DNA of 64,000 nt from Prasinococcaceae sp. CCMP 1430 (taxonomy: Eukaryota > Plantae > Prasinodermophyta). Location of the stretch: assembly GCA_013416795.1 (NCBI GenBank), contig RQSC01000028.1, positions 128,223 through 192,222 of the forward strand. Direction: 5' to 3'. This document shows positions 33,105 through 43,206 of this stretch, piece by piece. Position 1 is the stretch's first letter. The number at the start of each line of letters is the position of its first letter. The notes below the pieces were generated by a model. The model was not told where the DNA came from. It saw only the letters and a list, made by a program, of their open reading frames with translations, and made no database searches. The position numbers and the translations under genes are program-made.

Positions 33105-34517
33105 ATGACGTCGCGCGCGCTCGACGCGGCGCGAGCGCACGCGGCGCTGTGGGAGGCGCTTGGCGCAGACGGCAGCATCGGAGCCGAGGCGCTTGATCTG
33201 TCCAGGAACGAGCTCGAGGCGCTGCCCGACGCACTCCTCGCGCCCCCCCCTTCGAGAAATCCTTTCGCCGGGCTGGTGTGCCTCGACGTCTCGCGCAACC
33301 GCCTCACCGAGCTTCCCGCTGCCCTCGCCACTGCCGCGCCTGCGCTCATCGACGTGCGCGCAGCGGCGAATCACCTACGGCCGGCAGCGCGCGCCCTGAG
33401 CCCTGCGCTGCGCGCGGCGCTGCTACCCAGGCTGCGGCTGTTCGATCTCAGGTTCAACCCAAAGCTGCACAGAGGCGCACCGCAGGATGACGGCGGCGGG
33501 GCGTCCGTGCCTGCGCGTGCAGGCGGCTGGCTCGAGGCGGAGCTGCGTGAGTGGATGACACGGCCTGGAGCGCTGCTGCTTCTCACGCCGCCGGAGCGGC
33601 GGCGTGGGGGAACACGCACAGGAGGCGTCGACGGCATCATCAGCGGCGCTTGTGACCTGCGCGCTCAGCTCTCGCCTCTCTCCACTCCCACCTTGCGCCG
33701 GCGCCTGGAGGCCGAGTTCGGTGTGCACACCGATCCGGAGTGCACGGGGCGCGATGGTGTACTCGAAGCGCTGCTCGACGCGTACGAGCGCGTCGGGGGA
33801 CGCACGCAGTTGCGCATGGAAGACGCTGGCGTGCCGCTGCCGCCGGCAGTCGCGCGCGAGCTGCTCCAGGCGCTGCGCGAGACCGCATGGGGATCGCTGC
33901 GAAACGAGCGGGAGAAGGTGTCGTCAACCGGGGGCTATGTGTTGCTGCGGCGCGGTGATGGCTCTGCTTCCGCCAGCAATGCGCAACGCCGAGCCCTGGC
34001 AAAGCGGCGTCGTCACGCGCGCGTGTGGGACGCCGCGCATGCCGCGCTTCGCTGCGCAGATGCGTCCTTTGCTGAGCAATACGACACCATCGCGCTCACG
34101 TACGGCTTCACAGGAAGCCCACACATCGACAGGTGCGTCATGTGACGGAGCGAGCGCGCTTATGCCGCGAGAGAGCGCGTTCCAAGCGCGTGCGCGGGGT
34201 GGGGTTGTTGACACTCGCGGTGCGCGCTCACAAGCTACGATGTCGACGTCCAGTACACCGCATCCTTCGGCGAGTTCACAAATGGGGGAGAGCTGTGCGT
34301 CGAGCGCGACGCGCGAACGGTGGCTGTGGTGAACACACGCGGGCGAGTCGTTTGCGCCGACGGCCGCTGTGTCCACTGGGTGCGGCCCTATCTGGGCGAG
34401 CGCTGGTCGGTCGTCTGGTTTCGCACGCGCGGGAAGGTTGCGCCGCGTGGTCAGGCTGTGCCTGGCGTGCGCGAAGGGGCCGTCGCGGACGGCCCTGCCG
34501 ACCGCGCATGTCTGTAA
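33105..34517 (+). CDS. Leucine-rich-repeat protein fused to a 2OG-Fe(II) dioxygenase (TET/JBP-like fold)
   Basis: LRRs LDLSRNELEALP, LDVSRNRLTELP and FDLRFNPKL. After intron 34133-34234 (GT..AAG): PHIDSYD (HxD), GGELCV, DGRCVHWV (distal His) and ERWSVVWF (2OG-binding RxS). Confidence 0.75.
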
Positions 34518-34754
34518 TAATATGGAAGAGGCAAGGGCGGAACGCGGGGAGCTCAGTATAATGGCTGACACCGCAGCAGGTGCAATTACAAGCCCGAGAG
34601 CTCGGGAGAGGGCAGGTGTGTGTTTCGCGTGGCGGGCTTTCTATGTCGAGTGCGCGCGCTCTCTCCTTCTGGAACAGGAGCGCCCGCGCGCTGCGGTTTT
34701 TTTTTTGTCCCGCGTGCTCCATCGCGTACACTCGCCAGTGCAACCGTGCGCCGC

Positions 34755-36141
34755 TTACTCCGCGTCCTGCACCTGCACGTCGCCGCCCTCTTCACCCTCG
34801 CCGCCCTCGAGGTCGCTGGTCCACAGCGTCAGGTTGTCCCGCAGCAGCTGCATGATGAGGGTGCTGTCCTTGTAGGAGTCCTCCGAGAGCGTGTCGAGCT
34901 CCTGAATCGCGTCATCGAACGCTTTTTTCGCCAGCTGGCAAGCGCGCTCGGGCGCGCTCAGGATCTCGTAGTAGAACACCGAAAAGTTGAGCGCGAGGCC
35001 CAGGCGAATGGGGTGCGTGGGGTCGAGCTCCTCGTCCGCGATCTCAGTCGCGGCCTGCACCAAAGCACACGGACGCGGGGCGGCGCCGAAAATGGAGCGA
35101 GTCAGCCGAGGAGCAGGCATCCGGGCGCGAGGCGATCGCGTGCCCTGCGTCGGCGCGGCGCGCCAGCGCGGGCATGGAGCAGGCTTGGTGCGCAGGAGAG
35201 GACAGACCGCACCTTGTAAGCGAGCAGCGCGTTGTCAGCAGCGTCCTGCTTGGCTTCGGTGGACTGGAACTCCGCAAGGTAGCGGTAGTAGTCGCCCTTC
35301 ATCTTGTGGTAGAACACCTTGGACTCGCCGCTGTTGGATGCGGGCAGCAGGTTGTCATCGAGCAGCGCAAGGATCTCAGCGCAGGTCTCCTCGAGCTCCT
35401 TCTCAACAGTGGCACGGTACTCAGCAATCACTTTCTTGTGCTCCTCAACGCCCTTCGTGGCCTCCTTCGACTCGATGGAGGAAAGAATGCGCCACGACGC
35501 GCGGCGCGCGCCGATCATGTTCTTGTAGCCCACCGAGAGTAGGTTGCGCTCCTCCACGCTCAGCTCCAAGTTGAGCTTGGCCAGCTCGCGCATGTTCGAC
35601 ACCATCTCATCGTAGCGCTCGGCCTGCTCAGCGAGCTTGGCCTGGAGGAACAAGCGGCGTGAGCGGCCGTGGCGGCAGCCAATCCAGCACGGGCACCGGC
35701 GCAGCGCCGCGCGGCACAGAAGCAGCGATGAGCGGTGATGCGCGGCGCGGCGCGGATCACCGCGGGCGGCGGACCGTTCCAATCGGTCCCACGTGATGTC
35801 AGCGGGTGTACTATCGCGCGGTCGCGCGCCAGCTTGCTTGGCGGCCACAGGGTCGCTCTCGTCTCGCGCCAGGCACCGCCGTGGTCGAGGGTCCAGGCAG
35901 CGACAGGCGAACAGACGCCTGGCGCCCGCACCAAAAAAAAAGGGTGGGGGCGATAACAGCGCGGCGCCGCGCGGAAAAGAGCGCCGCTCGCCGCTTCGCG
36001 CGCCCGCGGCACCGCCTCAGGTGCTCGCGCCGACTGCTGCGTCCCTCCCGTCCCTCGCACGCCGAAGCCTCGCGCGGACCCTTCCCCGCGCCCCGCAGCG
36101 CCGCGCCGCGCCTCCCCTCCCTTACTCACCGACCGACCCAT
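34755..36141 (-). CDS. GRF: 14-3-3 protein
   Basis: Exons 36141-36130 (MGRS, perfect GTGAGT donor), 35641-35213 and 35054-34755. [73 protein letters not shown]. Confidence 0.97.
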
Positions 36142-36334
36142 GCTCCACCTCGCCGAACAGAGCCCAGGGACGTCGCTTTTGGCAGACGTAGCGCGTGAGA
36201 CGCGTCACCCAGAGTTGTACAGATGATATGCTCTAAAACTTTGTCTCAAGGACAGACTACATGGGAGGTCTACTAGCTAGAGGCGCCAACGGGGCGCGCG
36301 TGCGCACGCGCGGATGACATCTTTGATGTTTCCT

Positions 36335-36451
36335 CCTGCGGCTTCGAGACGCTCCGAACCCAAACCCGATATGCAATGAATCCACCATCAAATATCATCC
36401 TGCGCTTCGAACCCAAACGCGACGTGCCATGAATGCACCATCAAATATCAT
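36335..36451. repeat. Two degenerate tandem copies (64 and 53 bp) ending at a single-N join
   Basis: Both copies carry CCTGCG..TTCGA, CGAACCCAAAC and ATGAAT.CACCATCAAATATCAT. Confidence 0.8.
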
Positions 36452-36510
36452 TNGCGGCTCGCGCGGCGCGGCGCGGCGCGGGGCGGCGGGACGCGGGCGA
36501 GACAGCCGGC

Positions 36511-37308
36511 ATGGGCATGTTCGACCGCGCAAAGATCATGAAGCAGGCGTCGGACGCCGCGTCCAAGGTGCGCGCAGGGGGATCGCGGGCGAGGGCGCGG
36601 GCGCAGGCGCGGGCACGAGCGTGGGCGCGGGCGTGCTGGGCAGAGCATGGCCGAGGTGTTGGGGAGGGGGGGAGGGCGCGAGCGAGCCGCCTCTCATGAC
36701 GCGCGGAGCCATGGGCGATGCTCGCGAGCGTCCGAGCGCACGTGAGCATGTGAATGTGCAGAGGTAGAGAGTAAACCTGCAGCGCATGTGCGTCTGCTGA
36801 CCCAATGGCACGCGTACCCTCGTACGCGTACGTGCGTGCTCGCATGCGCGACAGGCGACGACGGCCGCGGCAGCTGCGAAGGACAGTGCCGTCAAGGCGG
36901 CGAAGGAGCAGTACGAGAAGACTCGACCGCAAGTCACCGCTTTCGTCGCAGAAAAGCGCGCGCAGGCCGCCCCGATGGCGGCCAATGCGTGCCGCGAGCT
37001 CGAGGGTGAGGCAAAGGCGTTCCTCAAGTCGCCGACCGGGCAGTGGCTCAAGGAGAATCCGAAGGTGTGTGGACTATGCGCGCTCGCGCAAGCGCGTGCG
37101 CGCGCTCGCGTCCCGCCTGGCTGACGTACTCACGTCGTGCTCGTGCGTGCAGACTGTCATCGCGCTGCTTGGTGTGCTGGCGGCCATCGGCGTGCCCGGC
37201 GCAGCTGCGCTCAGCACCGGCGTGCAGCTGGCGGGCGTCGTGCCGCTGCTCACGCCGCTGTTGGCACTCTTCGAGACCACTGCGCCAATGTTCGCGCACC
37301 TCGTGTAA
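36511..37308 (+). CDS. Small A/K-rich (LEA-like) protein with C-terminal hydrophobic hairpin
   Basis: Exons 36511-36567, 36855-37064, 37153-37308, all GT..CAG and phase 0: MGMFDRAKIMKQASDAASK|ATTAAAAAKDSAVKAAKEQYEK...WLKENPK|TVIALLGVLAAIGVPG...LLTPLLALF. Confidence 0.7.
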
Positions 37309-37556
37309 GGGATGTCTGCGAGGGTGTAGGCACGCTGCGGTCGCGCGCACTTGCGCACGCGCGCGCGCGCGCGCGCAGTACTAGTGACTCTTTTTCCGTA
37401 GCAAGAGCACGCTTCATGGAGACGGCCCCGCGGGCGAGCTGAGAGTGCGCACGCAACTGATGAAGCTTCTGCGGACGCGCGCGCGACACGGGGGCGTTTG
37501 CGTGCGTGCGCTGTCACTTGCGTAAGTTTCGCGCCTGAGCAGCAGCGTGGCCTCGC

Positions 37557-37710
37557 TTACTCGATTGTGAGCAGCACGCTGCCCGCATCGACAAGCTCGC
37601 CCTCCGACACCATAAGCTTGACGGTGCCGGCGGAGCGCGCGATGGTCTTCGATTCCGTCTTCATGGACTCGATGGCGACGACGGGCCCCCCCTCATCCAA
37701 CAAGACAGTG
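37557..37710 (-). pseudogene. Biotin-carboxyl-carrier (biotinyl) domain fragment
   Basis: VVAIESMKTESKTIARSAGTVKLMVSEGELVDAGSVLLTIE* matches the E-x-M-K-x-E biotinylation motif and C-terminal half-domain. No upstream coding part is visible. Confidence 0.65.
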
Positions 37711-37872
37711 CGAGCCGCGGCCGCGGCGCTCCAGGGGCTGCCACAGCCCCCGGACCCACCCAGCCGCCGGCCGCCGCCCCCCCAGCTGCGGAGTTCCCCA
37801 CCTCCCAAAAACAACAACAACAAGGCACTCACATGCGCGCACACGCACACAAGCACGCGCGCGCGCGGGTAC

Positions 37873-38058
37873 GCACACGCACACGCACGCACACGCATGC
37901 ACACTCGTGCTCTGGTTCAGACTCGCTCCGAAGGGCGCGACTCCGAGGTCAGACACGTCGCACGCACACGCACGCACACGCATGCACACGCATGCCTCAT
38001 GGCCAGGTTCAGGGTTCAGATTCGCTCCGATGCATGGCGCGACTTCGAGGTCAAACAC
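37873..38058. repeat. Tandem duplication of a CA-rich tract plus a ~45 bp core
   Basis: Cores GGTTCAGACTCGCTCCGAAGGGCGCGACTCCGAGGTCAGACAC (37914-37956) and GGTTCAGATTCGCTCCGATGCATGGCGCGACTTCGAGGTCAAACAC (about 38014-38058), each preceded by CGCACACGCACGCACACGCATGCACAC. Confidence 0.85.
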
Positions 38059-38246
38059 AGTGAAAAGTCTTCCATTCAATCGCGCCCTCGGAGCGCCGCG
38101 GCTCATAACACCGCACCTCGCGCGCGCGCGCGCGTGCTCGCGCCAACGGCCGCGCGCGCGCGCCCCTTCGCGGCTCGGGGAACGGGCGCGTCCCAACAAT
38201 TCCAATTTGCGGGGCGAAAAGCGCCGTTGCGGACCCATATTTTTGN

Positions 38247-39247
38247 GCGGCGCCAGCGGCGCGGGCGCGCGCCCCGCTCGGGACGCTCCTCCTCCTCGCG
38301 CTCGCCGCCGCGTGCGGGTGCTATGCGCCGCGGGCAGCCACCGCGGAGCAAGATTCCACGGGCGCAATATACAGGACGCACGAGAGCATACTAGTACGGC
38401 CTGATGCGGGCGAGCCCCCCCAGAACGCGGCCGCCCCCGAGCCAGCGCTGCCGCCGCCGAGCCCCGGCACCGGAGAGGACGTCACGGCCGAAGAGCTCTT
38501 GACGCTAGGAGATCAGGAAGCCTTCGGCGGGTCCGCAGAGCCATCCGTCGCCAACACTGGTGTGGAGGGCTCCATTGAAAGCGAGGCGGTGGCCAACGCG
38601 ACACTGCTGCGTGGCAACTTCGACAGCTGCCTACAGTACGTGCATCGGGTACGCAACGCCATGGTCAGCGGAGGCATGATCGGCGCCGAGATCGCGGCGC
38701 GCGCCACGTGGGACCTCGAAGGACTCGAAGCCGACCCCATCAACACGCCGTACGTGTACTGCGGGCTGTTGTCATCGTCACAGTGGACTGGCACGACCCT
38801 CTTCGCCCATCCCTTCCTGCCCACGCCGTTCACCTTTGCCCAGGTACGTGCGACCAGACGCGTGCATGGCCCGCGTGCGATGAGAGCGCCCCCTGAATGC
38901 CGCTTCGGCTGACACCGCGACCGCGATCGACCCGAATCCTGCGGTGCCACCCTGCGTCGGTACGAACTCTATCGTCGCGGCGCGCACAGGTCTTCCAAGA
39001 CAGCCAAGATCAGTGGTATGATTGGTACGGCGCCGGTACAACCTTCAATCGCTGGATCCGCTCGACGATCGCCTTCGACTTGAGCGACGGCGCGGTCGTG
39101 CCTGAGTACGCCTTCTTTTCGCCACTCCTCGGCTTCAGCCCGAACGCCACGCTGAGGACATACTTTCTGCTCGTGCTCAACGATATTTCGCACAGGCTCG
39201 AGGGAGAGAGTCTCGCTCCGATACTCTGCGGTTGCGGGCCGCTGTGA
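38247..39247 (+). CDS. Secreted hypothetical protein; initiator Met lost in the N join at 38246
   Basis: The frame is open from the N: AAPAARARAPLGTLLLLALAAACGCYAP (signal peptide). Intron 38844-38988 joins FTFAQ|VFQDSQDQWYDWYG; stop at 39247. Confidence 0.65.
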
Positions 39248-39529
39248 CAGGTGGACGGACAGTCCGCGCCAGGTGCTATCACCGTGGCCGCCGTGCGCTC
39301 CTTCGCTCGCGGAACCACAGCGCGCGCAGAGAGAGATCATAGTCATGTAGTGCCGTTGGTGTTTTTTTTTGCTCTTAAATTGTGCTCGCAGGTGTGCTCG
39401 CTTTGTCGTGCGCGGACCATGCGCCGCTCCACCGCCCCGTCGATGGTGTCAATTGTGTGCGTGCAGTGAGGTGGTGATGCGGACGCGTCGTTGGTGCTGG
39501 TTCGCGCTGTGAGCACCGTTTTCGTGTGC

Positions 39530-41563
39530 TCAACCGCCTCCGGCATCTGCAGCGTCTTGTGCGTCTTCCTCATCTTCTCGGTCCTCTCGCGCCTGTTGCT
39601 GCTCTAGCAGCGCCTGCAAGACCGCGAAGCTCTCCTTCCAGGGGTCCGTGCCGTCCGCGCCGTCGTGTTCGTGCCGAATTACGGATTCGGCCGCCTCGGC
39701 GACCTCCGGCTCGCGAGTCACGCGATTGAAGCGGCCCGTCCCTGCTGCAATGAGCGCGACGTCGGAGCTCGAGGCCGGATCAAACGGCGCGCGCGTGGGC
39801 GTCCGGGTGACGTAGTCGAGGCGAGTGGGTGCAGGCGTGGGTGGCAAGGTCGGAGCGCGCGTGACTCCATCCGGCAGAGGCACGCTGAGCTCGCTGAACG
39901 CCGTCTCTGAGACTGGGCTCTTTGTCGCCGTCGGGCTCACCGTCGGGAGATCGCCGGGGGGCGTCACCAAGACGTCGCCCGTGCCACCCATACCTGCGGT
40001 AGCTGTTGCAGGCGCGGGCTTTGGAGCGGGTGCGGGCGAAGGGGCTGGCAAAGGGCCTGGCGAAGGGGAAGGAGCGGGCTGGGGGCCGGGCTGAGGGGCG
40101 GGATGGGGGGCGGGTGCAGGCTTCGGAGCGGGCTTCGGAGCGGGCGCGGGGATCGGTGCTGGCTTTGGTGCCGGTGCGGGTGCAGGCGCGGGCTTCGGAG
40201 CGGGCGCCGGTGCGGGCTTCGGAGCGGGCGCCGGCGCGGGCCTCGGAGCGGGCTTTGGAGCCGGCGCAGGCATAGGGGCCGGCTTCGGCGCAGGTGCGGG
40301 TTCGGGACCCGGCTTCGGCGCGGGCGCTGGCACAGGCGCGGGGGCGGGAGCGGGCAATAGCCCAGACCCGGGCCCAAGTCCGGGTGCCTGCTCTGCCGGC
40401 ATCGGCTTGGGAGCGGGCTCCGGTAGCGGTGAAGCCGACGGGGCTGCGGACGGGGCTTCCGACGGAGCTGCCGATGGAGACGCCGACGGCGCTGCCGATG
40501 GTGCCGCTGAGGGCGCTGCCGACGGCGCTGCTGAGGGCGCTGCCGATGGTGCCGCTGAGGGCGCTGCCGACGACGGCGCTGCTGTCGGCGCCGCTGTCGG
40601 CGCCGCTGTCGGCGCCGCCGTTGGCTCCGATGTGGGGGCCGTTGTTGGCGCCGCCGAAGGTGCTGCGGACGGGGCCAGCGTCGGCGCCGCAGAAGGTGCC
40701 GCTGTATCCGGCGCCGGCGCTGGCATTGGAGCAGGCTGCGGCAGGGGGGCCGCAGGGGGCGTCGGGTCGCACGGCCCTCCCACGAATCCGGCGCAGCAGT
40801 CGTCGAAGACCAGGCAGCTGACGTCACAGAAGCAGCTGGTTCCCGCCACGTTGTCTTGAATACCACTGCCACATGTCGAGGCTGTGCATTGCACCACCAC
40901 GTTCTCGAGTTGGCCATCGGCGGCCACATTCCCACTCAGCACGCCATCAATGCCGCCCTCCGAGCCCGACGGCTGGTCGTCACCTGCCAGAAGACACGAC
41001 CCACACACCTCACACGCTCCGGCGCAGCAGTCCTCCGTGATGACACACAACTTGTCACAGTAGCATGGCGCAACCGGCGCGAGAGAGTCTGCGCCGCCGC
41101 CACCGTTGCCAATCAAAGCGTCGTCCACTGCCTGCGCCACCGCGGCCCCCTCTTCTCCTCCAATGCCAAGCCCTGTCACAGCCCCGCCGTTGCAGTTGCT
41201 CGGCTGGCACACCTGCCGTGCCCTGGCCGCGGCATCCGAATCTGCTGCCGCGCCACCCCCCGCGCCCTCGCTCACCGCCAAGACAAAGGAGGGGGCCACG
41301 GGCGAGGGCTGCTGCTGCGGCGCTCCTCCTTGCTGGCCCGCCGAGCCGAGCGCGGCGCTCACCAGAAGCGCGGACAGCAGTAGCACCCCTCGCGCGCGGG
41401 CGAGGCGCGTCCCCGTTCCAGCTGCTCGTCTCCGCGCGCGCGCTCGCCGCACGCCCGGCGCCGCTGCGCTTCTTGAGGCGAGGCCGCCAATGACACTGGC
41501 GATGGCAGTGACCGTGGCCTCACCACCAGCATCCCGACCAGTGGCTCGCATTGTGTTCCTCAT
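39530..41563 (-). CDS. Cell-surface/wall protein: two somatomedin-B-like Cys domains plus Pro/Ala-rich (APSA, PAPAPK) repeats
   Basis: Hydrophobic segment GVLLLSALLVSAALGSA. CYCDKLCVITEDCC and CFCDVSCLVFDDCC match CxCDxxCxxxxDCC. Tandem 12-bp (APSA) and 18-bp (PAPAPK) coding repeats lie at about 40080-40620. Confidence 0.8.
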   Translation of the reverse strand: MRNTMRATGRDAGGEATVTAIASVIGGLASRSAAAPGVRRARARRRAAGTGTRLARARGVLLLSALLVSAALGSAGQQGGAPQQQPSPVAPSFVLAVSEGAGGGAAADSDAAARARQVCQPSNCNGGAVTGLGIGGEEGAAVAQAVDDALIGNGGGGADSLAPVAPCYCDKLCVITEDCCAGACEVCGSCLLAGDDQPSGSEGGIDGVLSGNVAADGQLENVVVQCTASTCGSGIQDNVAGTSCFCDVSCLVFDDCCAGFVGGPCDPTPPAAPLPQPAPMPAPAPDTAAPSAAPTLAPSAAPSAAPTTAPTSEPTAAPTAAPTAAPTAAPSSAAPSAAPSAAPSAAPSAAPSAAPSAAPSASPSAAPSEAPSAAPSASPLPEPAPKPMPAEQAPGLGPGSGLLPAPAPAPVPAPAPKPGPEPAPAPKPAPMPAPAPKPAPRPAPAPAPKPAPAPAPKPAPAPAPAPKPAPIPAPAPKPAPKPAPAPHPAPQPGPQPAPSPSPGPLPAPSPAPAPKPAPATATAGMGGTGDVLVTPPGDLPTVSPTATKSPVSETAFSELSVPLPDGVTRAPTLPPTPAPTRLDYVTRTPTRAPFDPASSSDVALIAAGTGRFNRVTREPEVAEAAESVIRHEHDGADGTDPWKESFAVLQALLEQQQAREDREDEEDAQDAADAGGG

Positions 41564-43206
41564 TCAGATCGCCGTCCAGCAGACGGACGCGACGAACGGC
41601 GAGGGGGCGCGCTCGCCTCCTGCCTGGCGACCTCGGCCTCTCGCCACCCTCGCACCGTCGGCACGCGCCGCGCCGCGCAGCCCCGCCCGGGGGCGTCCAG
41701 CCCGCTGGTCGACTGTGGCGGCCAGACCTCACAGCCCGACCGACCTTCAGCCAGCCGGAGAGCGCGAAGCGCCGCGCCTCGCGCGCGGCGCTCGTCTGCA
41801 GCGCCTGCGAGGGGCGCCGCAGGCGCGCTGTGGCGCACTCGCGCACTCGCGCGCGCGCGCGCAACGGCCCCCCCCTTTCGAATTCCCGCCTGCTGATCAC
41901 CCCGCAGGCGAGGCCGCGCCGGCCCGGCCGCCGGAAAAAAAAAAACGCCGCGCCGATCCGATTGTTGCTCATCAATCCGTCGACCCATCCGATCCATCGA
42001 TCGCTCCCCCACTCAATCAATGATCGCTCGCTCGACGCACGCCGCGCGAAGGAGGACCCCCCCCCCAAAAAAAACGCCCCGAAATCGATCGCGCGGCAGG
42101 CGATTATTTTGGTGTGTTTTTTTTTGCGTTTGCGTTTGCGTTTGCGTTCGCGTTTCCGCGCGCAAAGCGGCGAGTTCGCGGGGGCTCCTTCCTCAAGGGA
42201 ACTCTCCCGTGGTGAATATATAAGTACATGGCAACCACGCGCACCTCGGACGCCCCCGGAAGAAAGACGTGCCGTGTCCGCTTCCGTTCCGTCGTTTCGG
42301 CGCGTCTTTTCCCCCACGTTTTCACCGTTTTTTTTTTGTTTTTTTTTTTGCCGGCGCGCGGATCGATCGATCGGCGCAACGCCGCGCCGCAAACTCTGCC
42401 GGACGACGGATTTTTTAACGCCGGGAGTTTGCGGCCGAAAACGGTCCGCGCCGCATTCGAGGCGATATCAAACCGCGGAAGCGCGCGCGCGCACACACGC
42501 GGGATGGAGTTTGCGGCTGCCGGCGCCGCGCGGCGGGGCGGCGGGCGGGAGGCGCGGCGGCCGCGGGCGCGCGCGCGAGCTCAGCCACGAGAGTCGCGAG
42601 GCCTGGCGGCAAACTTGTGTGCACGTGCCCGCCGCCGCGCCTGTTCGCGTGCGTGCGTATGACAGGCCCTCCCGCGCCGGTGCGGCGCCATCTGGACCCC
42701 AGGTGCACCAGCGCGTCTGGACCATTGTCTACAGTGGGTATCGATGAGTGCGAGGCGGCGCGGCAGCCGCGTGACGCGATAAGGTCAGCCCGTCAACTCC
42801 CCTGGCATGGTGCGCTCGCATCGATGCGTTCGTGCGCGCGCCACTATGAGCGCCACCAGCTGGCAGGAACTGTGTTTGTGTCAGTCTCTGCGCTATCTTT
42901 GCAACGGAGCTGTTGGTGACGAGTGGGCACATGCTGCGTGTCGTGGCACGTGCCATGAGTGCCCACGACACGAGAGCCTTCGAGGTGTGTCATGAACCCT
43001 GCGGTGCCCTGTACCGCAAAACGCGGCGCGAGCGCGTGCGGAGGAGCGCTTCAAGCCCGGGGCGCAGGGTGGCCGCATCGGCACGCACCGAGGCCGCGCG
43101 AGCGAGCGCTGGGCTGCGGGGCCGCGAGCGCGCTCTGGCGAGAGGGCCGCCCGGCATTCCCGTCTGTCTGGCGCCGGGTAGGATTACAGCACAGCTAGCC
43201 AGCGGC

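Noticed and set aside
40080-40620. Regular short repeats that could be taken for a CRISPR array or satellite
   Set aside because: They are in-frame 12- and 18-bp coding repeats (APSA, PAPAPK) with no unique spacers.
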